From Octopus vulgaris (lineage: Eukaryota), in NCBI GenBank assembly GCA_951406725.2, contig OX597826.1, positions 65,038,001 through 65,102,000 of the forward strand: a stretch of DNA of 64,000 nt. Direction: 5' to 3'. Positions within the stretch are counted from its first letter, which is position 1; every line of letters starts with the position of its first letter. A program made the position numbers and the translations under genes. The notes under the pieces are model-generated. The model was not told the origin of the DNA. It did no database searches and saw nothing but the letters and a program-made list of their open reading frames with translations. Positions 25,561 through 32,392 of the stretch are shown one piece after another.

Positions 25561-28500
25561 GGCTTCTTTCATTTTTCATTTACCAAATTCACTTACAAGG
25601 CTTTGTTTGGCCTGGAGCTACAGTAGAAGGTACTTGCACAAGGTGCCACACAGTGAGACTGAACTCAAGACCATGTTATTTGGAAGCAAATTTCCAAACA
25701 ACACAGCTATGCTGTTGAGCCAATGCTACTGATGATGATGATCAAAACGGTGGTGGTGTAGGCAGTGGCGGTAGTGGTAGTGATGACAATGACAATTAAA
25801 GCTAATTTAGTGGAGCAATTTTTATTATTTGCTTAACAATTTGGTTCATTTATATTTTGTTAATTGAATATCTGAATTACAAGTAACAGTTGAAAAGTTG
25901 AGATAAAATCAGCAGACATGATAATGTACAAATTGATCAAGTACAGTATACATATTTCATGAAAAATTCTCTTTCAGATGTTGATAATAACTTAGTACCT
26001 TACGTACTGAATATCATGCACCCAAAAATGGAAGAGCAATTGAGATTAGCCAGAAATGTAAAGATATTGGAAGCCTTAGAGGTAAACAAATTATATTTTA
26101 ATAACAATGGTTTCAAATTTTGACACAAGACCAGCAATTTTACATCAGTGGGTAAGTTATTACATCAACCCCAGTGCTCAACTGGTACTTATTTTATCAA
26201 CCCTGAAAGGATGAAAGGCAAAGTTGATATTGGCAGAATTTGAACTCAGAACATAAAGGCAGACAAAATGTCACTAAGTATTTGTCAACTTTGATATTCA
26301 TCCTTCCAGAGGTCAGTAAATAAAGTACCAATCTAAGACAGTGAATTGTTGGAGTGGTAAAATGGTTAGAGTTTCAAAAGGATACCTTGTGATATTTGTT
26401 TCATCTCTTTGTGTTCTGAGTTCAAATTCCACCATAGCCAACATTGGTGTTAGACTTAATTTTTAATTTTGTTATGTTTAACACCACCACATGGTCCTTG
26501 GGTGCCTTTGGCAGAGTTTTTTTTGTTGCCAGCATTCAGGCCATTTCTCTGTTTTAGGGATACCTTTTCCACCTTTCTTCTCCTTCCTATCAGTTTTGTA
26601 TGCTCGTTACAAAAAAGGTCACGTGTACTAACCCAGCAACAAAAGCAAAAATACAAATAATCATGTTTATCTGCAGAATAATGTAGAATGATTAGAATAG
26701 AATCTAATGTATTAATAATGTGTTTGTATTTGGTTTACAAGATTCTTGATATGAACTCATGTGTTGAAACAAATCTTGTTGCATCTTGGGAGGGTCTTTA
26801 TGCCAATAATATAAAACACATGCACTGGTTTAATATCACTCTTTATTGTTAGTCAGTTGGTTAAATATCTAAGTAACTAACTAAATGATCAATCAGCATC
26901 ATCACCATCGTTAAATCTCCACTTTTCCATATTTGTATGGGTCAAATGGAAATCATTGAGGTAGATTTTCTATGGCTGAATATTTATACTGTTTCCATTA
27001 ACTTCAACAGTATAAATATTTATTCTTTCATTTGCAATATAAACATTTCCTTCCTCCGGGCGAATCGGCAGTAGTCTAGTGGAGTGAGTCAATCCTGACC
27101 GTACAAGCATAGCGGGGAAGCACCACGAGGTAGCAGCTTGAGAGAGCTGCTGGAGACACGTCTGTATCATTCAGCTGCTAACGTCAAAAGAGAGAGATAA
27201 AGGAGAACTTTGCTGCTGCTAGTTTTCTGCACATGTACAAGAGGGAAGTTCCGGCAGGCCTTCCAGAAGATTCCAACCCTGTCATGCATGCTGGAGATTT
27301 CCAAGATGGCGTCACTACAATCCCTTCCAACCCTCTCTTATTTCCAAGCATCATAATATTTTCAAATGGCCAGGCATGTTTTTCATGGAAGACTGGAAGC
27401 AATTGACATCCTTTGTTTGACCCAGATGCTTATTTACAACCATGATGTCAAGACAAGGGCACACATACACACATTGGGCAGTAATAAGTGACTGAGACCT
27501 TTGGCAATATACTGCTTGAGAAGACCAGTCAAGTCAAGTGAGAGCATAGTCGTGGCCAATGCCAGTGTTTCATAACTGACACCCATGGCGGTAGCACATA
27601 AAAAGTATCTGCTACACTCTTGGAGTGGTTAGCATTAAGAAGGGCATCCAGCTATAAAACCCATGCCAGATTAGATTGGAACTTGGTGCAGCTCCCCAGC
27701 TTACTATTTTTCAGTCAAACCATCCAACCCATGCCAGCATGGAAAACGGGTATTAAATGATGAATATGATATTATATATATATATACAGTAGGCTTCTTT
27801 CCGTTTCTGTCTACCAAATCTATTTGCTGGAATTTGGAGTGCCCAGGGCTGTAGTTGAAGACACTTGCCTAAGATGCCATGCAGTGAGACTGAACCTCAG
27901 ATTACATTGTTGGGAAGCAAGCTTCTTAACCATAGCACCACACTTGCACCTATACTGCTTCCTTTATATAGCAGTGACTGTGTTGTTGAAAGAGTCTAGA
28001 GTGACATGTCTCCATTGCAGAATGTAGTGTGCTGGGAATTCACAGTAAAATGTATTTTCAGGCCTATACAAACAGGAAAAGCAAATCTCCTAATGATTTG
28101 ATAAATGTCTTTCTTTTTTTTCTACTTTCTTTTTCTTACCAGGAATTACAAGTACATGAAAAAGATCTCAGTTTCCTATCAGAAGAATATCAAAAGATTC
28201 TAGAACATGCAGAGAGTATCAGAAATGAATTTTCCCAAAGTTCATTCCACTTAGAAAGACTTCATAATATCCTTTTTCTTAGCAACCATCTTATTGATTT
28301 CTTTTATTGGTGGTGGTGGTGGTGGTGGTGGCTGGGGGGCAATTGTATCAAATTATCTCTCCCTCTCTTTCACAACCACCACTATTGTTATTGCTGTCAT
28401 CAGAACTGAAGTTGACTAAATCACTAGAAAGATGAATTCCCAATCAAGATTTGATGGTTTGTATTCAATAATAGTCAATGTACTATGTCCATGGTCAACA

Positions 28501-29488
28501 TACATAGCTTTAAATTCTCAACCAGGATCTATTTAACCCCCAGGGGTCCATGAAAGGAAAATAGTAAATTAGGGATCTACAGTAATATTTTAAGGGTCCA
28601 TGAAAATATGTTACTTTGGATATATTTATTGCCAGAAACATCTAGGCTTCTTTCTCTAACATTTTACACTGTTCAACCTACACAAGTTAACCCTTTAGCA
28701 CTTAGCTATCATCATCATCGTTTAATGTCTGTTTTCCATGCTAGCATGGATTGGATGGTTTGACCGGGGTCTGGGAAGCCAGGAGGCTGCAGCAGGCTCC
28801 AGTTTGATCTGGCAGTGTTTCTACAGCTGGATGCCCTTCCTAACGCCAACCACTTTATGAGTGTAGTGGGTGCTTTTTACATGCCACCGGCACAGGGGCC
28901 AGAGGAGGTTGGCAATCCAGTCGAAATATTCTACCCGTTTTATGTTCAAACCAGCCAGATCAGGCCTCTTACAAGTAACCTACAATGTCAATCTAAAAAT
29001 AAACAATCACATTATATTCATCTTGAAACTACAGGACATGATCAATTTAAAACAATGTGAATAAAGAAGCATTGCATTTGGCAGAGAAATCTTAATGCTA
29101 AAGGGTTAATGTATAAAAAACAAAATAGGAATTTTGAAAGAAGTATCTGTAAAATTAGTCTTTAACTACAAGTGAGAATAGGGACCTACCAGAATAAAAT
29201 AAGTAATCAAAGGGGTTCATGGGAATTAGGTGCTGCTGCAAAATAGATTCTTTGCATCATAAAGACCACACACACAAAACTCATCAATTTAATCATTTTT
29301 AATATGTATGTATTTATATTATTGAATTCCTTAACTCTTTCTCACATGTTATTACAGATTTATTTATTGACAGTAACAGATTTAAAGGGCATGATGTCAA
29401 AAACAAATTACCTATTCTTAAAGACATTCTTATAAACTATGACCTGTGCAAACTGGTTAGGTTTTTTGATACAGCCACAGAGTCATGA
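2058..29488 (+). CDS. BBS7: Bardet-Biedl syndrome 7 protein (BBSome subunit), 19 coding exons, 714 aa (whole-gene span)
   Basis: join(2058-2093,5642-5701,6315-6377,6619-6794,7129-7315,9742-9814,10003-10069,12028-12077,12920-13050,15904-15988,17014-17113,20116-20308,21906-21980,22481-22683,23543-23707,24394-24503,25978-26081,28143-28266,29346-29488) = 2145 nt with consistent phases and no internal stop; peptides such as [53 protein letters not shown] and ITDLFID match recalled BBS7. Confidence 0.95.
3230..3432 (-). mobile_element. Degenerate LINE (RTE-like) ORF fragment next to a (CT)n microsatellite
   Basis: Translation [27 protein letters not shown] resembles the K-x-GK(A/S)-x-GP-x-GI-x-AEM-x-K region preceding LINE RT; (CT)n at about 3435-3498. 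Confidence 0.55.
3847..4078 (-). mobile_element. tRNA-derived SINE family A (other copies 20578-20810+, 30756-30986-, 36562-36793+, 47325-47556-, 63955-64000- partial)
   Basis: Near-identical ~230-bp copies with A-box-like GGCAGAAACGTTAG, B-box GAGTTCAAATTC and core GCCTTTCATCCTTTCGGGGTCGATAAATTAAGTACCAG. Confidence 0.85.
4600..4952 (+). mobile_element. SINE/retroposon family B with (GAT)n tail (also 10598-10806+, 11340-11887+, 19044-19360-, 28708-28900-, 33347-33482-, 45225-45467+ and degenerate copies)
   Basis: Repeated GTGCCGGTGGCACGTAAAAAGCACC subunits, core GGAGTGGTTGGCGTTAGGAAGGGCATCCAGCTGTAGAAAC, and a 3' end GGACGTTAAACGATGATGATG seen many times in both orientations. Confidence 0.85.
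5642..5701 (+). CDS. BBS7: BBS7 exon 2 ([20 protein letters not shown])
   Basis: TTTTAG acceptor, GTAAAA donor, phase 0/0. Confidence 0.9.
5731..5950. mobile_element. TTAA-flanked piggyBac-type MITE (related copy about 19545-19765 inverted; other TTAA MITEs about 8280-8493, 28692-29105, 33970-34171)
   Basis: TTAA on both sides, termini CTCTTTTGATACC / GGTAACAAAAGGA (degenerate CCCTTT...AAAGGG); no ORF. Confidence 0.7.
6315..6377 (+). CDS. BBS7: BBS7 exon 3 ([21 protein letters not shown])
   Basis: TTTCAG acceptor, GTATGT donor, phase 0/0. Confidence 0.9.
6619..6794 (+). CDS. BBS7: BBS7 exon 4 ([18 protein letters not shown]...[19 protein letters not shown])
   Basis: TTTAAG acceptor, GTATGT donor at 6795, phase 0/2. 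Confidence 0.9.
7129..7315 (+). CDS. BBS7: BBS7 exon 5 ([18 protein letters not shown]...[11 protein letters not shown]...[15 protein letters not shown])
   Basis: AATAG acceptor, GTTTGA donor, phase 2/0. Confidence 0.92.
8724..8910 (+). mobile_element. tRNA-derived SINE (head related to 46544-46875)
   Basis: A-box TGGCCCAGTGGTTAG, degenerate B-box GGTTTCAATTCC, then a non-tRNA body TTGAGCAAAAACACCT. Confidence 0.6.
9742..9814 (+). CDS. BBS7: BBS7 exon 6 ([24 protein letters not shown])
   Basis: GAAG acceptor, GTAAGT donor, phase 0/1. Confidence 0.88.
10003..10069 (+). CDS. BBS7: BBS7 exon 7 ([21 protein letters not shown])
   Basis: TTTTCAG acceptor, GTATTC donor, phase 1/2; contains GTSDG. 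Confidence 0.88.
10226..10443. mobile_element. Tigger/pogo-type MITE
   Basis: TA|CAGTAATTCCTTA ... TGAGGGATTACTG|TA: CAGTA termini with TA target duplication. Confidence 0.75.
11340..11887 (+). mobile_element. SINE/retroposon family B, long copy with several 5' subrepeats
   Basis: Same core and (GAT)n tail as 4600-4952. Confidence 0.82.
12028..12077 (+). CDS. BBS7: BBS7 exon 8, 50 nt ([16 protein letters not shown])
   Basis: Pyrimidine tract + CAG, GTAAGT donor; phase 2/1 bridges exons 7 and 9; WEI-x-N-x-KK-x-GG motif. Confidence 0.87.
12920..13050 (+). CDS. BBS7: BBS7 exon 9 ([43 protein letters not shown])
   Basis: Poly-T tract + TAG, GTAACT donor, phase 1/0. Confidence 0.93.
13267..14127 (-). 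mobile_element. Internally deleted Mutator-like (MULE) element with 15-bp tandem arrays in inverted ends
   Basis: Left array of GGTAAATTCCACCA(T/C) units (13272-13362), inverted right array (14063-14127); the minus strand encodes [30 protein letters not shown], matching the E-x-(F/W)H...HP-x-(I/L)W motif of animal MULE transposase C-termini. Confidence 0.65.
14845..15420 (+). repeat. ~100-bp tandem units followed by a Penelope-like/retrozyme-like 3' segment with hammerhead-like motif
   Basis: About 3 copies of ATACATACTAATACATACACCAACCCTATACATACACACGTCCAGACC..., then TCTTTCTGTTGAAGAGCGTAGGCTCGAAACGTTAAAGA at 15322-15359. Confidence 0.5.
15904..15988 (+). CDS. BBS7: BBS7 exon 10 ([28 protein letters not shown])
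   Basis: CAG acceptor after (TTA)n, GTATGT donor, phase 0/1. Confidence 0.9.
16340..16680 (-). mobile_element. Degenerate LINE reverse-transcriptase C-terminal fragment
   Basis: [17 protein letters not shown]...[13 protein letters not shown] resembles the LYK-x-x-(I/V)RP-x-MEY...W...LD-x-IQRRA-x-RLI motif of non-LTR RT. Confidence 0.65.
17014..17113 (+). CDS. BBS7: BBS7 exon 11 ([18 protein letters not shown]...QIKAL)
   Basis: TTATAG acceptor, GTAACT donor, phase 1/2; GLTT motif. Confidence 0.87.
20116..20308 (+). CDS. BBS7: BBS7 exon 12 (QELEEIQK...[24 protein letters not shown])
   Basis: GACAG acceptor, GTACAT donor, phase 2/0. Confidence 0.92.
20578..20810 (+). mobile_element. SINE family A copy nested in the tail of a family C SINE
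   Basis: Same sequence as 3847-4078; AACTGAAAGAAGCCT-like sequence recurs on both sides. Confidence 0.82.
21906..21980 (+). CDS. BBS7: BBS7 exon 13 ([25 protein letters not shown])
   Basis: TTCAG acceptor, GTAAGA donor, phase 0/0. Confidence 0.92.
22481..22683 (+). CDS. BBS7: BBS7 exon 14 ([30 protein letters not shown]...[10 protein letters not shown])
   Basis: AACAG acceptor, GTATTT donor, phase 0/2. Confidence 0.94.
23543..23707 (+). CDS. BBS7: BBS7 exon 15 ([19 protein letters not shown]...[10 protein letters not shown]...LECSY)
   Basis: TAAAG acceptor, GTCAGA donor, phase 2/2. Confidence 0.92.
24394..24503 (+). CDS. BBS7: BBS7 exon 16 ([36 protein letters not shown])
   Basis: TGCAG acceptor, GTAAGT donor, phase 2/1. 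Confidence 0.93.
24745..25165 (+). mobile_element. tRNA-derived SINE family C (also about 20425-20577, 39438-39600, 57280-57780 and many degenerate copies)
   Basis: GCTGTGTGGTAAG A-box-like, GGTTCAGTCCC B-box-like, body GGCACCTTGGGCAAGTGTCTTCTACTATAGCC...GGAAACTGAAAGAAGCCCG, (TA)/(TG)n, and a 3' part ending GAAACAAGTAAAAGA. Confidence 0.82.
25978..26081 (+). CDS. BBS7: BBS7 exon 17 ([34 protein letters not shown])
   Basis: TTTCAG acceptor, GTAAAC donor, phase 1/0. Confidence 0.9.
26979..27319 (-). mobile_element. Truncated solo LTR-like insertion inside a SINE
   Basis: Minus strand starts TGTAGTGACGCCATCTTGG (TG start typical of LTRs), is GC-richer than its flanks, has AATAAA near the other end, and interrupts a SINE body between CTATGGCTG and ATCCCTTCC. 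Confidence 0.5.
28143..28266 (+). CDS. BBS7: BBS7 exon 18 ([24 protein letters not shown]...HLERLH)
   Basis: ACCAG acceptor; ends at the non-canonical donor ATATCCTTT (phase 1). Confidence 0.9.
28267..29345 (+). other. U12-type (minor spliceosome) AT-AC intron, BBS7 intron 18
   Basis: 5' site ATATCCTTT at 28267, branch site TTCCTTAAC at 29327-29335, 3' end TCAC at 29345; splicing gives in-frame [14 protein letters not shown]. Confidence 0.93.
29346..29488 (+). CDS. BBS7: BBS7 exon 19 ([46 protein letters not shown])
   Basis: Matches the BBS7 C-terminus; TGA at 29486-29488; ATTAAA candidate poly(A) signal at 29579-29584. Confidence 0.92.
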
Positions 29489-29779
29489 AAAGCCAACAAA
29501 AAATTGTTCCATCAAATATATTTGAAATGTTATCTTGGTATAAGATTTTATTGTAAATTAGAATATAAAAATAATATTATTAAATGAAAGTTGCACAATG
29601 ATTTTGTTATGTTGTGTTTATGTCTCCAATAATGTTCACAGTTCCAACCAGCTTTTAACTTATTACTTCTATATATATGTATTTTAACTTATGTGTGTGT
29701 GTGGTGTGTGTGTGTGTATGAGTGTGTGTATAGTTATACATGTATATATATATTTATACAAGTATATATATAGTTATTT

Positions 29780-30490
29780 AAATGAAGATAAGTTTTATTT
29801 GATCCACTTTGGGAAGGAGGAAAGTCTGAAATTACCATATGCTCTTCCCTCAGGCACTCCCTAATGTCATTCAACAATACTAGAGATCTTGGAGTGATTG
29901 TTGAAAACAATCTAAGCTGGAATTTCCACGTAAACAGCAAGGTCGGCTTGGCCCACAAGATGTGCTCCTGAATTTTGAGAACTCTCTGGTCTAGAGATGC
30001 CTACACTATCATCCTTCTCTACTCTACTTTTGCCCGACCCCCACCATGGGTACTGTTGCCCACTGTGGTCCCCCCATATGAAACAACTCATTATGAAAGT
30101 AGAAGCACTCCAGAGGTCCATAACAAGAAAGATAGATGGCATGAGAGGTATTGATTATTGGGGTTGACTAAAAGATCTCAATCTCTACTCTCTCCAACGA
30201 CGCCGGGATTGCTGCATCATTTGTGTTATGTGGAAAATATTCCATCAATATTGCACAAATGATGTTGGCATCAATTTTAAAATCCATCCAAGACTTGGCC
30301 ACGTGCGATCTGCCCAATACCAAAATTCGATCTCAGTACACATAGCAACATTACATCACAATTCCTTTACCTCAACTGGTACAGCTCTCTTTAATACCAA
30401 AATATATCAAAACAGAAATGGATCCCATAAAATTCAAATGTTCACTGGACAAATTTCTTCAAAAAATCCCAGACCAACCTCCTACTTGGT
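29780..30490 (+). mobile_element. Degenerate LINE (CR1/L2/Jockey-like) RT C-terminal fragment between the two genes
   Basis: Reads RDLGVIVENNLSWNFHV...LYSTFARP...KVEALQRSITRKI...LNLYSLQRRRD...FKCSLDKFLQKIPDQP, with stops and frameshifts. Confidence 0.8.
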
Positions 30491-30755
30491 TGCTTGGTAT
30501 TGGACAAATGTGTCTGGTGATTGCAGGATATAATTCTTTTATTGTTCTGTTTGATCAACTCAAATCGTTTAGATGCATCATGAAACATTTTTATGCTACT
30601 CAGACTGATTTAGGCAATAACTTTCCCAAAATGACAATGAGACACAGAGATATACATGCTAACACTCACACAAACACACACATACACAACAGGCTTTCCT
30701 CAGTTTCCATCTGCCAAAATCCAGTTGCAAGGCTTTTGTCAGCCCAGGGTTATAT

Positions 30756-30986
30756 GTTTCTTTATTGCCCACAAAGGGCTAAACATAGAGGGGACAAACA
30801 AGGACAGACAAAGGGATTAAGTCGATTAGATCGACCCCAGTGTGAAACTGGTACTTTATTTATCGACCCCGAAAGGATGAAAGGCAAAGTCGACCTTGGC
30901 GGAATTTGAACTCAGAACGTAACGACAAACAAAATACCACTAAGCATTTCGCCCGGTGCACTAACGTGTCTACCAGCTCGCTGCCC
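30756..30986 (-). mobile_element. SINE family A copy inserted in a family C SINE
   Basis: Same sequence as 3847-4078; flanked by duplicated CAGGGTTATA. Confidence 0.82.
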
Positions 30987-31453
30987 AGGGTTATAGTAGA
31001 AGATACTTGCTCAAGGCACTATGCAGTGAGACTGAACCTGATATCATGTATGTGGTTGGGAAGCAAACTTAGCTACATAGCCACGTGGAACATAAACACA
31101 AAAGTTTTATATGCAAAATATGATAGCTTAATTTTATTTCATATACCGTGCAAATTTTATTGCCTTTTATCTTTCAACAAAATATTTTTTATTCAAAGCA
31201 TTTTAAATAATCAATTCAGTCGCTATTTTATGCTTACTCCCCCAAAATAAGTTAAAATAAGTTTTATATTGAAAAACTTGATAATTTATCCAAAGTCAAA
31301 AGTTATATTTTTATTAACAAACTTCATCAATGTATTGACAAAATGAAACTTTTTTTTGTTTTTTTTTCCCAAGAAACTGCTGCATATTAATAAACCAGCA
31401 TTAGATGTTGAATACCAAGAAAGCAACAATTTCCCTATAATTAAATAAATTAA

Positions 31454-32392
31454 TTAGCTTTTCTTCTGTTTTTGTTTACGTTGGTCTGACATTTCTGTCA
31501 ACCTCTTATCTAACTTACTTTGAAGACGAGCACTTTTAACTGCATTTGGTAATTTGCTAGGAACACCACTTCCGCTATATATTACACCATCACGAGAGAT
31601 TATTTTACGAGCTTGAGCTTTTATCTCAGCTCCACAACCGTGAATTTCTGGCATGCTGTGAGATATACAATAATGAAGCCTGCAAAATTCACAGTGTATA
31701 CGCAGTACATGGGTCTTTTCTTTACATTTAGGGAAACTGCATTTATTATTTACTTCCATAGCTGCTGATATTAAAGCATCAAAGTCATCTGGATCGACAC
31801 TGTTCAGAGCCTTTGTCATCTTATCAGATTTGGCTTTGACTTTGGGCATTTGTGTTGGTTTAGAAGTCTTAGTGTTAGGTTTTTTACTCTTGGAACAATG
31901 AAGGATATGCAAGTCATAATTGCTTTTTAAAATTTGCCGTGAACAGTAAGAACATGTTACAGTGTCCTCTGCAGGTTTATCAAAATCAAAAACCGGCACT
32001 GATTTATTTTGTTTCTTTACTTTCTTTGTTTTTTTATTCTGTTTTTCTTTCATAAGTAGTGATTCATCCAACAACTCACTTGAATCAATAGATATTGCTT
32101 GGTTTGTTGTTGAATCAATAGACATTGCCTGGTTTGTTGTTGAATCAATAGACATTGCCTGGTTTGTTGTTGTATTATCATCACAGTTAGAGGAAGAAAC
32201 AGTAGACATTCCTGTACAGCTGTCTACAGGTTCATTATCTATAGGTTCATTATCAACCAAGTCTTTGGAAGAATCATTTTCAAGTGTATCACTATGGCTA
32301 ATTACTTGCTCATTATTTGATTTTTTAACAACTATTTGTCTGTCCTTGCCTTCTCCTTCACTGATATGTATCAAACCCAATTTGTTGGCTAT
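31454..32392 (-). CDS. IGHMBP2: IGHMBP2 exon 16 (R3H C-half, linker repeats, C2HC finger, AN1 zinc finger, stop)
   Basis: TTTCAG acceptor; [18 protein letters not shown]...[10 protein letters not shown]...CSFPKC...CEFC...[14 protein letters not shown]; TAA at 31456-31454; minus-strand AATAAA at 31310-31315. Confidence 0.93.
   Translation of the reverse strand: MANKLGLIHISEGEGKDRQIVVKKSNNEQVISHSDTLENDSSKDLVDNEPIDNEPVDSCTGMSTVSSSNCDDNTTTNQAMSIDSTTNQAMSIDSTTNQAISIDSSELLDESLLMKEKQNKKTKKVKKQNKSVPVFDFDKPAEDTVTCSYCSRQILKSNYDLHILHCSKSKKPNTKTSKPTQMPKVKAKSDKMTKALNSVDPDDFDALISAAMEVNNKCSFPKCKEKTHVLRIHCEFCRLHYCISHSMPEIHGCGAEIKAQARKIISRDGVIYSGSGVPSKLPNAVKSARLQSKLDKRLTEMSDQRKQKQKKS

Noticed and set aside
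28029-28409. 126-aa ORF with a poly-Trp run
   Set aside because: BBS7 exon 18 plus intronic read-through over a (TGG)n microsatellite.
29351-29357. Canonical-looking acceptor ATTACAG for the BBS7 last exon
   Set aside because: Using it would drop conserved residues (VIT) and no matching GT donor exists at the end of exon 18; the AT-AC model fits exactly.
30418-31250. 163-aa and 114-aa ORFs between the genes
   Set aside because: Chimeric read-through of a LINE end and nested SINEs.
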